NCBI RefSeq assembly: GCF_030265065.1
Contig: NC_080408.1
Span: forward strand, 22,727,480 to 22,791,479
Length of the DNA: 64,000 nt
Direction: 5' to 3'
Source of the DNA: Corythoichthys intestinalis
Lineage: Eukaryota
In this document: in pieces, positions 47,745-62,089 of the stretch
Numbering within the stretch: the first letter of the stretch is position 1
How the letters are laid out: every line of letters starts with the position of its first letter
The notes under the pieces: model-generated
The model's input: the letters and a program-made list of their open reading frames with translations, nothing else
Told to the model about the DNA's origin: nothing
Databases searched by the model: none
Made by a program: the position numbers and the translations under genes

Positions 47745-48345
47745 ACTTAAGCCCTCTTTTAAATTTAGTTGGACTCTCATGTTATCCAGAGGTGCTAAAT
47801 AAATAAACAAGTAACATTGTAAACATACATGTTCAACACGAATATGGCGTAAATTAATACTTAATTGCACGTTTTTTTTTTTCTTTTAACCAAGAATTAG
47901 GAATCAAGAATTTTGGGAATTAAGCATTTAGCCAAAAGAATTTTCATCGTAAAAAGCTATTTGTTGCGATAAGGCGGCGCCACATTGGCTAAAAGACTAG
48001 CGTCACATTTGACATATTCATGTAAAATAAATGCTTACTGCCCATTTTTTTTCCTTTTAACCAAGAATCGAGACTGTTTAACGTTCATATCTATAAAGAA
48101 TTCAGGGATTTAAGCATTTATTCACAAGAATTTTCATCGTAAAAAGCTCTTTGTTGTGATAAGGCTGCGCCAAATTGGCTTAAAGACTAGCATCACATTT
48201 GACATATAAATGCTAACTGTCCGATTTTTTTTGCTTCTAACCAAGAAGTGGGACTGTTTTACATTCATATCTATAAATAATTCAGGGATTTAAGCATTTA
48301 TTCACAAGAATTTTCATCGTAAAAAGCTCTTTGTGTTTCCACTCG
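47745..48345. repeat. tandem repeat, about 185-bp unit x about 2.7 (single unit also at 42870-43150; leader segment also at 53320-53440)
   Basis: ..ttttaaccaagaat(c/t)(a/g)g(g/a)a(c/a)tgttt..attcagggatttaagcatttattcacaagaattttcatcgtaaaaagct(c/a)tttgt.. repeated. Confidence 0.6.
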
Positions 48346-48790
48346 GTCAGCTTTGACAAAGATAGGCCCCCCTATGAATCGGCCCCGCGCCCCGTCAATA
48401 CATCATGAAGTCTATTGATACACATAGACTACTCTTCCAAAAAAACACAAAAAAAAAAACAGTCGCACTTGAGTATAAGTCGCAGGACCAGGCAAACTAT
48501 AAATATGTAAAGATTTAAAAGAAGTCAGTACTGCAAGAGTGTCAATTTCCTGACTTTCTTAATTATAAGCCAAAAGCGCCCTCTCGTGGCTGGTTGTGGG
48601 TCTTGTTTACAACATTTCAGAAATGATCAAATTCTATATTTTAACATAATATAAGTCACACTTGTGTATAAGTCGGAGCCTCGGCCAAAGTATGGAATAA
48701 AGTGAGACTCATAGTCGAGACAATGGTACTGTTACAGTTGATATCGAGTCTAATAAGACTTTCATCTTTTGTATTGTTTATTTGAACAAG

Positions 48791-48928
48791 AATGAAGTAA
48801 AAGCTGGAGCGGTTGATGCTTCGGAGATGCCAAATTCAGAGCCTGATGCTGGTGAAGAAGTGCCCCCGGCATCCCTGGTTGATGAAGAAGCAGGAAGTTG
48901 TGCCGCTCCGCTGGACGAAAAGCCCTTT
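48791..48928 (+). CDS. amph: amph exon 17 (NEVKAGAVDASEMPNSEPDAGEEVPPASLVDEEAGSCAAPLDEKPF)
   Basis: Acceptor tttatttgaacaAG| and donor ttt|GTGAGT. Phase 0. Acidic A/E/P-rich like the AMPH variable region. Confidence 0.5.
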
Positions 48929-49109
48929 GTGAGTTGAAGAACACCTTTCATAATTGTCAATTCCACGACCTTGGAAGATCACTTTAAGTTCTTGTCAGGC
49001 TTTCAATGTTTTCCATTGGTGGTTTAAGTTTGCTTCTGATTTCCAACACAAGCGGTCCATAATAGTTTTCATGTTTCCAAAAATGATCTTAAAATCACTT
49101 TTTTTCCAG

Positions 49110-49163
49110 GAATCTGTTTCTGTTCCAGAAGAAAAGAAGGAAAGTCCTGTGGACGAAACTTCG
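49110..49163 (+). CDS. amph: amph exon 18, 54 nt (ESVSVPEEKKESPVDETS)
   Basis: Acceptor tttttttccAG| and donor tcg|GTAATG. Phase 0. Confidence 0.5.
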
Positions 49164-49334
49164 GTAATGTCTTAATACACAGCAGGAATGTTTCGTAGAT
49201 GTAGAATACAAGCATGTGCACTAGTGTTGCACCAACACCTGGCCGGCTGTACGGTGATGCCTATACTGTATCGATACATTTTTTTGTTTATTTTTAAAAG
49301 ATAAAGTGTGTATTATTTTCTTTCAATACCAGAT

Positions 49335-51383
49335 TACTGCATATTTGCCGTAATTTTCGGATTACAAGCCGCTACTTTTTTCCCTCATTTTGAATCGTGT
49401 GGCTTATTTATTTATTTGGGTTAATAGGCAACACTTTATTTGACAGTGGCGTCATAAGACCATCATAATTATGACATGATATTATCATGGGCATTAATGA
49501 ATTCTTATGACAGATGTCATTGTCATTTGGCAAATTATTTCACTATCTCCATTTATGTCCAGCTCGGATCTTTTACATCCATTCAAAAGGGAGATAATTT
49601 GCCGGATGACACAAATTGACATATGTCATGAACATTCATTAATGCTCATGGCAGTGTCATGTCATAATTACGATGGTCTTATAACAGTCTTATGGCACCA
49701 CTGTCAAATAAAGTGATACTGAATTCCATAAATATCTATTAATGAAACTAGAACAGTAATTGAAGAAAAAATTAGCACAGAACATGAATTTTGATTTGTT
49801 ATTTACATCTGTAGCGCTGCAATGCATGCTAGGAGGCATGTTGGAAGACAACAGTGTTGACAGCAGGAAGCAGCAGAGGTTGACTGTCTCCCTAAGGCAG
49901 TGCTTCTCAATTATTTTCTGCTACGCCCCCCCAAGCAAGACGTAAATGTTTCGCGCCCCCCCAAACTCTCTGCCGCCGCTGTAAATAGTATTATTTGTCT
50001 ATAAAATTACTATTATAAATACGCATCTGCCTAATATTGTGTCCTTTTTTTCTAATAAAGAAAAAAAGTAACAGATCAACTTATAATAAAGTATAACTTT
50101 ATTAACATTGTTTTGTTTGTAACAGAAGACTTGACGTGCATCAATTTGCCTGAATTAAAAAAAAAAAAGTCACATTCAAACTGTAAAAATACACTCAAGG
50201 TACATTTTTGACCATTTGATACAGAAAAATAAAATGTAATAAAATCAGTAAATAATAACAAATTCAAATTGATTAGAAACATTCACTCATGAGGACAATA
50301 TGCCAAAAAATTTGACCGAAAAAACAAAAATGAATAAAGGAAAAAAAGAGTGTCCTTGGACAGAAGGACAGTTTTTATTTTTGCTGCTCACACTCAGTAT
50401 TACCTCCTTTGCAATGGTGTGGAGTCATTTTGCAATGAGCATGCTAACAATGCTCACTGGTTTACTGATATAACACTGACAAAGCAGGACGATTGTTGGC
50501 AATATTCGGCACGTTTTCGCTGAAAAACAATCAAGCGGCTTATCAATGAGATTGGAGTCGAATGTCTTTAAGTGGCGTCTTAATTGATTTGGCTTCTGGC
50601 GGTCCGCTATAATTATTTTTAGACACAGTAAACAGTCTTTCCTCATCACCCACAGTATTAAAAGTCAAAGCTAAAAGGCAAACGGCACGAACAAAGCGCA
50701 TTCTCGGCGGCCGAGGTAGAACCGTAGGTGAGGGCGGTCGTCGTGACGATCCCAAGCCAAAAATGGCACTAATCGGGCGGTGGCGTAAGAACCGGACAAG
50801 ACAGTGGGTCGCTGCGTGAGTGAGTCCGGTCGGAAAACGGCTTTCGAAAACGGCGGCGGCGCACTGCTCTTCATATTTGTTTTCTGTGTGATGAGTGCTC
50901 TTCCTTTGTTCAAAAATACTGCACACACTCTGAAAATGAGAGCGCCACTGCCACCCACTGAGTGGATGCGCAAGTACACTTTATTCCAGTACGGCAGAAA
51001 AAAAAAAAAAGCATGTTCCCCGAGGTCACACGCGCCCCCCCGGCATCGCTCTGCGCCCCCCCCCCCCCCCCAGGGGGGCGCGCCCCACTATTTGAGAAGT
51101 ACTGCCCTAAGGGAACAGTGATGGCCAAATTAAACTTCTTGAAGCTTTGCAGCCAATTGGTTCAAAGATCCATGGCATTTGGTCTTATGATGCGGCTGTC
51201 AAATAAAGTGTTACCAGTTGATATCTTTTGGTGTAAATATCCCATAATACAGTGAGGACAGGTGCGGCTTATAGTCCAGTGCGGCTTATCTATGAACAAA
51301 TGCTGTTTTCGTGTCAAATTTGATGGGTGGCGACTTATAGTCAGGTGCGCCTTATGGTGCAAAAATTACTGTATTTGACTGTG
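49335..51383. mobile_element. foldback element family P, copy 2, interrupted by a hAT-N insertion
   Basis: Left arm 49340-49730. Right arm is split as 49750-49897 and 51113-51383 by the element at 49898..51104. Confidence 0.6.
49898..51104 (-). mobile_element. non-autonomous Buster-like hAT element (hAT-N), copy 2, perfect 8-bp TSD CCCTAAGG
   Basis: TSD at 49890-49897 and 51105-51112. TIRs cagtgcttctcaattattt / cagtacttctcaaatagtgg (rc). Internal remnant ..CLLCLKIIIADRQKPNQLRRHLKTFDSNLIDKPLDCF.. Confidence 0.8.
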
Positions 51384-51424
51384 AAGTCATTGCTATCATT
51401 AAGTCATTATGGATTGGTCAGACA

Positions 51425-51855
51425 CAGCTTAACTCATTTTGTACTATAAATGGTGCTAGAAATCCAGTCCGTTTGAATGTTCATTTGCTGCTACCCTCTT
51501 ACTTAATATGCATTGAACGCCTACTAGTGATAAACTAATTTCAATTCCCCAGCTGAAGCATGAAAAGGCCTTTCATCGCCCCTACCAAAATGGTCTCAGG
51601 GCGGTCATGTTGGTAGGGGTGATGTTCCCATCAAAGTCAATTAATTGACATTTAATTTAAGTCACAACTAGAGTTTTTTTTTATAGGATTATATCATTGA
51701 TGTCAAAGCATCTGTTATGTACTCAGTGGCTGCAATTGACGGCGCTAGACGTCCAATCCATCTGAAGTAGGAGGGATAGCAGAATATTCATTCGTTCATT
51801 CATTCATGCGGCTCATGCCACTCTCCCGCTTTAAATGGATTGGACTTGGGCTGAA
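51425..51855. mobile_element. two copies of palindromic MITE family M2 (51425-51560, 51720-51855)
   Basis: ..gctagaaatccagtccgtttgaatgttcatt.. and ..gcgctagacgtccaatccatctgaagtaggagggatagc...ttaaatggattggac.. Confidence 0.5.
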
Positions 51856-52771
51856 ACGATTATTTTCATAATCGACTAATCGGACGATTAATTAAACAAT
51901 TGATCGATTAATCTGATAAATGTCACTGTTTTCAATTACCTTCACAATTTACCTTGAGGTTGTTTTCAGCATGTTGTAAGTAACAATGAAGACAAAATGG
52001 ATGACTATTTCCTTCAAAAATAATATTTTATTACAGCTTCCTGGTTTAACTGTAGTCTACAACTGTATCGATGATCAAAATTAAAAATTGATAAATCAGT
52101 TACTTGTTGCAGCCTTATTAAGAAACTAAACGGTAAGATGTCCAAAAATTGGCAAAAATGTGAATTGCTTTCCAAAGTAAAAGCAGATTTTTGTTCATGT
52201 CTTACTTTGACTTAACAAAAACTAAGTAATCTGATAACTAAACTATATAACTGAGAAGTTATATATATGTTGTAATTTAAAGAATTTAGACATTGAAGTT
52301 TAAGGTGAAGAAGTTCCTAAACTATTAATTGGTTATCAAAATAGTTGTCAATTAATTTGGTAATTTATTAGTTGTCGATTAATTGTTGCACCTCTAGATT
52401 GGACGTCTACCAGTGATAAACTCATTGCACATCACAGCAAAAAGTATTCTCGTTTGCGGCGGTGTGCGTACCTGGCAGCCATCTTGGGGAGGGGAGCGGT
52501 TGGAACTAGATCTTGAAAAGTACATATTCCACAGCATCGGCACGTCATTTTTTTTTTTTAATACTACCTGATAGTGATAATTTCTTTTTGGTGCTGTATC
52601 GATACTAGTATCGGCATCGGTGCAACACTACTGTGTACCTTTCTGCCACTGTTCTTTGTTTCAACTGATTTAGAGAAAGGGAAAAAAAACTGAAAATGCC
52701 ATTTCCCTTGGTTGACTAGTTTTCAAGTATAGCAAATCTGACAAAAAAAGACAATTAGCATATTTTTGCAG

Positions 52772-52954
52772 GAAACCATGCCCATCCCATCTGTGGTGAT
52801 CGAGCCAGCCTCGAGCAACGAAGGTGATGACGATCGCGACGCGGACATAATCTCACCGTCTGCTATTAGCGACAATGGCGCAGTGTCCGACAAGCAACCA
52901 GTCAAAAACCCGAGTTCGTGTCCAGGGGGACTCCCTGACGACTTCATGTACAAG
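52772..52954 (+). CDS. amph: amph exon 19 (ETMPIPSVVIEPASSNEGDDD...GGLPDDFMYK)
   Basis: Acceptor tatttttgcAG| and donor aag|GTCAGT. Matches human EKVIPSVVIEPASNHEEEGE...ELPPGFLYK. Confidence 0.8.
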
Positions 52955-54704
52955 GTCAGTTTTTCACAAGTTGGTATGAATCAAAGTTACTTCTTGCACC
53001 TTCCGAACAGTATTTAATGCCACCGGAGTTAGTCCGGCTGTTGTCATTTCCCTGCCCCAGCTTAGGAGACGGAGAAAAGAGCGTAAACAAAACAGGAGGA
53101 GTGACAGCTAGCCGACATGCTAACTTGAATCGAGCGGCGTTTCGAAGTCTTTTTCTCGTCTTTCGAAAACAAAAAAATCACACAAAACCACCTCGACTCA
53201 TGCGACACACGGCGGCGGGGTTGATTGTCTCCACCGATCAGCCAGCCTGTGGTGTTCTTGGCAAATTTTTCACCCTTATAATATTTTGCTCCCAAAGCTG
53301 TTGTGGCGGTGAATAAGCCCTCTTTTAAATGTAGTTGGACTCTCAATGTTATCCACAGGTTCTAAATAAACAAGTAACATCGTAAACGTACATGTTCAAC
53401 ACGAATATGGTGTAAATTAATACTTAACGACACTGTGAAGACAGTAAGAGAGCGGCGTGCAGTTGTTGTGTGCAGCTAACATGTCTGTTGTGTCTGAGGA
53501 CAAACTTTTCTACATGTCCGTCCATGAGCAAACGTAAGTAAATATTCCTTAATTTAAAGAAAGTTTGTAATGTTTACTTTGTAACCGCTGTATTCGCGGC
53601 CATTTTTAACACAAAGTTGCAATTTCTGATGGGGTGCAAAACAAAATTTGACAGAACAACAGCAGCGAGCAAGTTCCTGCTCGTCATTCTACTGCTGCCC
53701 CAGCGGGCCGGCAGAGAGGGGAATGAACGTCGAAAATAGCGCATTCTCGTTGGATAAATCGGCCGACGTTGGAGCGGGGGGGCTGCTCGGGGCAAAGCGC
53801 TATGTGGGGCGGGCACGCAAAGAGCTCTAAGGGGGGTGTGCGGCAAGCCGCCGGTCGTCGGCCTTGTGGCCTTCTTGGTGGACAAGGAGTATTGTCACCT
53901 GCAAAATGCAAACCACCTTCTTATTAAAACGTGTACCCTGATCCCAGCATTTGACATAAGAAAAAAACAAAAAGCTTGCTTCCTTGCCCGTCCAATGGTT
54001 CCTCGGTTGTCGGACTTGCTTTGCCCATCGCGGTAAACAAGGATCTTTTGGCAATCCAAAAAGGCGCACACCACTCTCCCTGGTGCAGCAACAAAAGCCT
54101 GCAGCACATTGGTCTGGCGTGATGCTAAAAATAAATGAATTAATCCGCAAAATCTGCTGAATCCGCAGCCCTTCTGCATGCTATGGCTAATGGCTGTATT
54201 GTGAGATGATGAATCGGGTGACGTCACATTCGCATTCTTCCTAAATCCAGGAAGTCACTCATTTTATTGGTGCGGGATTCCAAAAAATTGAATAAATAAA
54301 TCGAATTCTCCCACACACATCCAAGAGGTCCATTTCATTCAGGAGCATAAAATACCACGTGAAATATGAAATAAACATGCTTTTTGCTGTCATAGGCATT
54401 TAAGTATCACACAAGAGTGAAGATGTCCGAAGTATGGAAATATCTGACAGTCGTATGTGCTTTTTTTCCCCCTCCTTAATAACCTGAGGAATCGGATTGG
54501 TAGTCTATATAAGCAGATCGTCAAAATCAGTTGATTCGTGCAAAAATATGTGATCTGGACAACTCTAAGAAAAACGCCATACTGGCTAAGGAACAGCACT
54601 GATACTGTCTGTACTGCTTCATATCTCCTGCCAGGGAATATTAATCAGGTTCTCAGTATTTCTCAGTGTTTTAACTTAAAGTAAAATCATTTTTGTCAAA
54701 GGTG

Positions 54705-54795
54705 GTAGACGTCCAATCAGTTGGGGTTGGCTGTTCATTCGCTGTCACCCTCCCAGTGCAAATGGATTGGACATCTACAAGTGATAAACCCATGT
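54705..54795. mobile_element. palindromic MITE family M2 copy
   Basis: ..ggtagacgtccaatcag...caaatggattggacatctacaagtgataaac.. Confidence 0.5.
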
Positions 54796-54818
54796 AAAAA
54801 GCTTTCATTTAGTTTATA

Positions 54819-55961
<1,143 letters not shown>

Positions 55962-56051
55962 GTAAGTGCCAAATGATTGGACGTCTAGCATAGTCAATGA
56001 CACTGATAGTTATTATGAGCATATAGCTAGTTTCGGTGTGATCTCGCACAG

Positions 56052-56153
56052 GTGGAGACGATGCACGACTTCGAGGCAGCCAACAGCGATGAGCTGGACC
56101 TGAAGCAAGGCGACGTGGTTCTGGTGGTTCCCACCGCCTCGGCGGAGGATCAG
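56052..56153 (+). CDS. amph: amph exon 20, SH3 part 1 (VETMHDFEAANSDELDLKQGDVVLVVPTASAEDQ)
   Basis: Acceptor tctcgcacAG| and donor cag|GTGAGC. Near-identical to the human AMPH SH3 N-terminal half. Confidence 0.9.
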
Positions 56154-56226
56154 GTGAGCATCTCGCGACTCCATCAACCGAGTAAGCTGGATTCAAAACT
56201 TGTCTTCTTTGCGTCCGCCACTACAG

Positions 56227-56331
56227 GAAGCCGGCTGGCTGACGGGATTTAAGCAAAGCGATTGGATGACGCTAGGAAGCAGAGCTCAAAAGGGACTTTT
56301 CCCGGAAAACTTTACTCAACGTTTGGAGTGA
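56227..56331 (+). CDS. amph: amph terminal coding exon, SH3 part 2 + stop (EAGWLTGFKQSDWMTLGSRAQKGLFPENFTQRLE*)
   Basis: Acceptor ccgccactacAG|. Ends at TGA 56329-56331. Matches human DAGWLVGVKESDW...KGLFPENFTRRLD*. Confidence 0.9.
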   Translation, partial: EAGWLTGFKQSDWMTLGSRAQKGLFPENFTQRLE

Positions 56332-56579
56332 GAAGACCCTGCCTGCCTGCATGTATGGGAGGACAGGGTTGGTTGTCACATTATCACGATTTATCGGCTG
56401 GGATTTGACACCAGTTTCATTTTTAACTATTTTTATGGTGATGAAAACGTGCAACTGAGTATGTTCCCATAATCACAACAGTGCTTTCTGTTCAACGACT
56501 CGTTTTCTTATGATACTTCCCGAGTGATTGATTGACATACATATCATCGGACCAATCAGGTGGCCTAATTCATGAGGCA

Positions 56580-56910
56580 AAATATTTGAATTAGGGGTGG
56601 GAACCTTTGGCTACCTTACGATACAAGGCTCACGATAACGATCACACGATACAACAATTATCGATATGTGGGTCAGGAATTCATTCTACAATATACAACA
56701 TACTAGATTTTGGGTCATTTCCTGTTGATTTAGGGCCATTTGCAAATCACTTCCTCTTGAGTTTGTGTTACTGAACGAGAAGTGACCCAGGAATGTCCCC
56801 AAATTAATAGGAAGTAGGGCTGGGCGATATGGCCTAAAGTACGTATCACGGTAAATTGAGCAGATTTACATCGATAACGATAAATGATGATGATAAATGT
56901 TTCTCGTTGA
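56580..56910. mobile_element. ATCGATA-rich MITE family (tagggctgggcgatatggcc...) in the region just 3' of the amph stop
   Basis: Related fragments at 9355-9445, 10135-10215, 29815-29885 and 35285-35420. Confidence 0.4.
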
Positions 56911-58477
56911 TTTATTTACCAGATTTCAATTTTACATATTTAAACAATTATACATGCAGTATAAACATTAAGTATATAAAAATTTCTCTTAAACCATAAG
57001 AATTCAAGTATGAACATTTCTAACAGCTTTTATGACTTGAACAAACATGTCATTGTAACACAAATGACAGTTTGAACAAAACACTTCAGACAACTTATTG
57101 TTAATGGCTGCTGGGACATAATTACTCAACACAAGTGTTTTACTTCAAGGTTTCAGGTTTTTTTTCCCCCCAGAGCATTTTCTAAATACATGCACGCACA
57201 CACACATTAAAGCTATATTGCTCTTTTGCCAATGAAACATTTAAGATTTTATCAGGGCAATAATGACAAAGAATGAAGCAAGCACATACAGAAAAATAGC
57301 TGTGGCCATTAAACGGTCATATTATAGGCTTCACTGTTGCATTATAATTCATGCTGAATGCTTTACCCACATGAAAGATATGAAAGACATCACACACACA
57401 CAGATACAAAATAACACGACATACTAATTGCCAGATGAAGTTGGCCCAATCCACTCATTTAGTTCAGCCGTTTTGAGTTTTAGTTAGCCTGTGGCCTAGC
57501 TTCCAGTAGAAAGCACCCTCTCCTGAAATCGTGAGAACCAGGGAGGAAAGCAGATGAAAGCCCGTTTGGAGGCTGCCAAGAGTCTACTTAATGTCTGGTG
57601 AAAGTTTGGCAAAGCTCCCTTAAGCCAGACTCCATCACGTTTGCTTGTAGCGTTAGCCGCTAGCGTTAGCCTACCAGGCTTCTGTTAATGTTTGAGTTCC
57701 TGATAACCACATGACTTGACACATAAGAACACTGACTGCTTTCTTAAAGGGGAATGAACATAGCCGAACAACACAGAGTCAAAGCGGAATGAAAAGACTA
57801 TTTTCTTGTTTTACTAAATTACCGAATTTACCGACATGGTCAAAATTATGTCTGTCATCGTGAAGAATTTCGGTAACGGTAAATTTTCGGTATACCACCC
57901 GGCGCTAATAGGAAGTGACTCAAAATCTATAAAAGTGACCTACCTGAGTTTAATTTTGCCAGAGGTGGCTGTAGCGGGTAAATAATGCGTCACTGGCGCA
58001 GACTACAACGTCACAACAGTTTGTATCAGAGCAGTACCCACGTGCGACTACCTGGTGAAGGATTTTTTCAAAAACTACTGGAGAGGCCTGTAGACCCTAC
58101 TCACCGACATCACAGAATGACGTGTCGCTGTATCTGGCCGCCATATTGTCCGTCTCTGTTTAGCCCTATTCTCAATGGTTTCAATCAGTCGTTCAGTTTA
58201 TAGAGCGAAGCCCCAGTGCTTTCAGACGCTGTAAACTCATTGGATGCGTTGCATAAAAGGCGTTATGTGGAAAAGCTTCAGTCTATCCATTCGCCAGATC
58301 CATATTTGATGCCTAAATCGATATTTTTTGACGCGCTGTCTTCGCCCTCTCTGCCTGACATCTGCTACCCTGATATCTCCAACTATCTTTTCCACAGAAA
58401 CTCGGCCTATTTTCACGAAACTTTGAAAAACATTAAGAGCAGCACTCTAAGCAACATTACCCTGTGTGATTTCTAAA

Positions 58478-58635
58478 ATGGCGACAATCCCAAAAAAAAA
58501 AAAATTGACTGCGATGGCCGACGCTTCAAGGATAGGTGGATATTGGACTATTTCTTCAATAAAACACGCAACAACTGTGTCTGCCTCATTTGCAAAGAGA
58601 CAGTCGCTGTTTTCAAAGAGTTTGATGTGACGTGA
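58478..58635 (+). pseudogene. Buster-type hAT N-terminal remnant, copy B (MATIPKKKK-frameshift-DCDGRRFKDRWILDYFFNKTRNNCVCLICKETVAVFKEFDVT*)
   Basis: ATG at 58478. An A13 homopolymer causes a frameshift. Stop at 58633. Confidence 0.45.
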
Positions 58636-59138
58636 TAATAACAAGTCACGCTGACATGTACGACATTACAGGGAAGATACGCAGCGAGAAATTATAGCAA
58701 CTTGAAGCTAGTTTAATTTCACAGCAGCAGTATTTCGCAAGAGCCCGAGTGTCGAAAGAGAAAGCCACAAAGACAAGACTGTTGAAATTATGAAAAAAAT
58801 GAAATAATAAAACAAATGTGACACACAGAAGGGCTTGCTAACATTTGTTTAAATATATTGTTCTATGTAAATCAGCCAAGGTAGCCCCCCGCATTTTTAC
58901 CACACCAAATCTGGCCCCCTTTGCAAAAGGTTTGGACACACCTGTTTAACTGATGATCTGTAGACGAGGCCAGCTTCTTTCACTTGGTACCAGCTAAATA
59001 TTATTCAAAATGTAATGACGGTGGAAGAAATAAGCATCTTGAATTTGAAACTGTATGTTGTCGACGATTAGCCTCGCAATAATCTTAATTGTGGTTGTCA
59101 GCCCAAAACCCTCTAAATATATATTAAATGCATCTTAC

Positions 59139-59316
59139 CAGATATAAAATGACTACTACATAATCCGTGGTAATCGTTTGGAGCCCAGTTTTCTCGTCGA
59201 ATTGCAGCAGTCCATCTCGCTCTCCTCTCCGGGTCTCTCGGAATACGGTAGAACGTCAAGTCTCTCCGTCTATCTTCTCTGTTATTGCAACCCACCGCCA
59301 CACACGCCTTCACCAT
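59139..59316 (-). CDS. THAP zinc-finger domain exon, copy B (MVKACVAVGCNNREDRRRDLTFYRIPRDPERRARWTAAIRRENWAPNDYHGLCSSHFIS-)
   Basis: Intact C2CH signature. Same GTAAGA donor (cttacc on the + strand). Confidence 0.5.
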
Positions 59317-60537
59317 TTTGATTATTAATGTTAACGAGCAGAAAAACACGCCATAATAGGAGGAATTTACGTAGCGGTAATGCGTCAAAACGACGAGTAG
59401 ACGGACAATATGGCGCGGAGGCGTGGTTGTGACGTCATGTGAGTAGGGTCTATAGTCATAGGAACTAACGACTCAGGCTCCTACAGTCCGAAAGCAGCTA
59501 ATGTTGCTTCACCAAAACACAACATCCATATTTCAGGGTATCATGTACATACAACAACTCATTTAGAGATACTCAACATAAAATTTATTCCATAAATAAA
59601 TGTTCTGAAACAATAATTACATACAAAGGGTCTTCACTTTCTAAATATGCAAAGTCGGCATGCCCACTGACTGCACACTGTTGTGGGTTACTGCTTTATA
59701 TTTATTTTCTCGTTTTTTTTTTGTTTTTTTAAAATTCTATTTATATGATTTACACAATTGAGAGCTGCTGAAAAACAATTTGACTGTGCCCTGTACACCC
59801 TTGGTCGGACATTTTGAGGCAGATGAGAAAGTGTCTCAAAACTTGTGACAGTGACAAGTAAAATGGTTTGGATTAGAGGTTGACCGATTTTCAAATGCCA
59901 ATATTTGTGGCCGAAATATATATATTTTATATAAGCACGTGGATTATGAAAGACATTTATTTTGATGACCTGAGACTTTAAGGAGTAATTTGGTATAGTG
60001 CTACCAAACCAACGAACGCAGCACTTCTTTTTACAATTATAAACACTCAGCGAGAACAGTATTTCCAAATGATTAAACCCACCAGGACAGCACGACCAGA
60101 TGTAAGCAAGTGAGAGAGTGAGAGTTTAAGAGGTTGCTCACCATGCTAAAACTAATGCTATGCTAACGCTACGAGTTACATTTCACATGTAAGGATCACT
60201 CAAACACTTTAAAAGGCTAAAGAAAAATTGCATTACAATATTCACAAAACAGGTAAGCCTGAAGTTCCTGTAGTAGACTTTGAGCTGCTGCAGGGTCCTT
60301 CAGGGGTCCTACCGTCAGTCAGCAGTGGCCACATTTGCCTGAACAAAATCCTTTCTTATCGGCTGTTTTTTTGTTAACTGGCTGACGGCCAGCCGATATA
60401 TCGGTCGACCTCTAGTTTTGATCATTTGAACTGCTGATCCTGTGACAACAAACCCCAGCTCATGTTTTTAGCTAACGCTAAGCTAACAGCTAGCCACTCC
60501 AGCTCGTTTTTAGCTAAAAGCCAAGCTAACAGCTAGC

Positions 60538-60630
60538 AAGCGCTAGACATCCAATCCATTTGAAGTGGGAGGGTTCAGTCCCAGTTCAAATGGAATGAAC
60601 GTCTACAAGTGATAATCATTGCAGTGAAAG
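60538..60630. mobile_element. palindromic MITE family M2 copy
   Basis: gcgctagacatccaatccatttgaagtgggaggg...caaatggaatgaacgtctacaagtgataa. Confidence 0.5.
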
Positions 60631-62089
60631 TTTAAAATAAAAACAGAAAATTTGCCTCATACCACACGTGACAACCAACCCTGTTCTCTCCAACATAGAA
60701 AAAGACGGCCAAGTGTTTATGTGTGCATGTTCCCATCTAAAAGCGTAGAAATCATCTCCGAAGAAAAGTACTGCATATTGTCCCTCAAACATACCGTTTC
60801 AGGATTCACCAGGTTTGTTCAGTTTTGAGTCACTGTTGATGTGTTGTACATGATCACATTTATTTGTGAGACCGTACTCATGTTTGTGTTGATCAGTGCA
60901 GTTTGGCAACAAGTTGTGACATTGCAAATGGTTCTTTCCCAAAACATGTATTGTTCTTCAAAACAATGTTCGTGTTATTTAAATGTGCATATGTAATTTG
61001 AGGAAATGAAATGGGATATACAAAAAAAAAGAGTAAATATTCATCGGACTTCAAGGGAAATGGGAAAACAAAATGCAAGACACGAAGGGGATAGTATGTG
61101 TGTATTAGGTAGAGCATATCACTGTATTGTGTTGTCACAATTAAAAATATTTCTGGAAGGTTTGATTTCATTTGACAAAGGTACAGTACGTTATGTTGGC
61201 GGTGTCCAATGGGTGTAGCCATTCAAAATGTTCACCATTTGCACTAAAGGCTGCGTTCAGACTTCAGGCATATCTGATTCCAATTGGATACCTTCTTAAA
61301 TCTGATTTTTGGGGCTGACTGATCATATTTTAGCACGTGTCCAAATCAGATCTTGGCTAGAGTTCTGCAATTCCTTCCTAAGCGGCAAGACGCGGACCCG
61401 TGCCGCCCATAAGGCAATTTAAGCAACCGCTTAAGGGCGCACCAGCGTCCAAAAGGGCGTCAAGAAAAATATTCAAATAATATTTCATGAAAGCAGTATT
61501 CAAAAAATTATACAAAACAATAAAACAAAAGAACAACAAAACTGTTCATAATAAGTCTTTAAATAATAATGAAAGTATTTTTCTAGTGTGCCTTCTGCCC
61601 GTTTTCTTTTTCCTGTGATGCGATAATTTCACCACGGACCCTAGTCTCACCACACAGCAGACCAGCGAGCTACCTGAAGGTGTTATTTTTACCCTCCGCA
61701 ATTGAGCGACGTTATGGGGACAAGTCAACGTCATGCAAAGACAAAAGCCTTTCGGGTCAGAAGAAAAAGACAGCGAAGACGTGAAGTAAAACAGAGGTTT
61801 GTTGAGATGATTTTTTTCAACAGCATAAGCACGTAGACTTAGCGCAACTGCAAGCTAGCGGTTATTTACATAGAGCTTATATGACTTAGTGCTAAAGCAA
61901 AATTATACTTTATCATTAGCCAGGCTGCTGTTTTAGAAATATTTTCAGTATTCAGCCAGCTGTGGATTAATTTCAGTTAAATTTACTCCCCCTCTAATTT
62001 TAGAGAAATTTGGACAGAGTGTATGGGAGACTAAAATTATCTTGCTTATTTTCATGTGATGTGAACCACTTTTACCTTGTGTTAAATTG

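Larger units (their letters stand above)
58091..59452 (-). mobile_element. TIR-bounded THAP element, copy B (inverted relative to copy A)
   Basis: Same TIRs and same internal organisation. THAP exon on the - strand and Buster-like remnant on the + strand. Confidence 0.65.

Noticed and set aside
53480-53545. Exon-like start ATGTCTGTTGTGTCTGAGGACAAACTTTTCTACATGTCCGTCCATGAGCAAACG followed by GTAAGT, and GC-rich overlapping ORFs at 53574-54227
   Set aside because: No homology, no compatible downstream exon, and the region lies inside amph intron 19 next to repeat fragments. Probably part of an unclassified repeat. It does include one more CRE palindrome at 54225-54232.
56332-57300. Attempt to delimit the amph 3'UTR and polyadenylation site
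   Set aside because: No canonical AATAAA found within the first kb after the stop (only ATTAAA-like sites, e.g. about 57205). The region is full of MITEs, so the 3' end cannot be placed from sequence alone.
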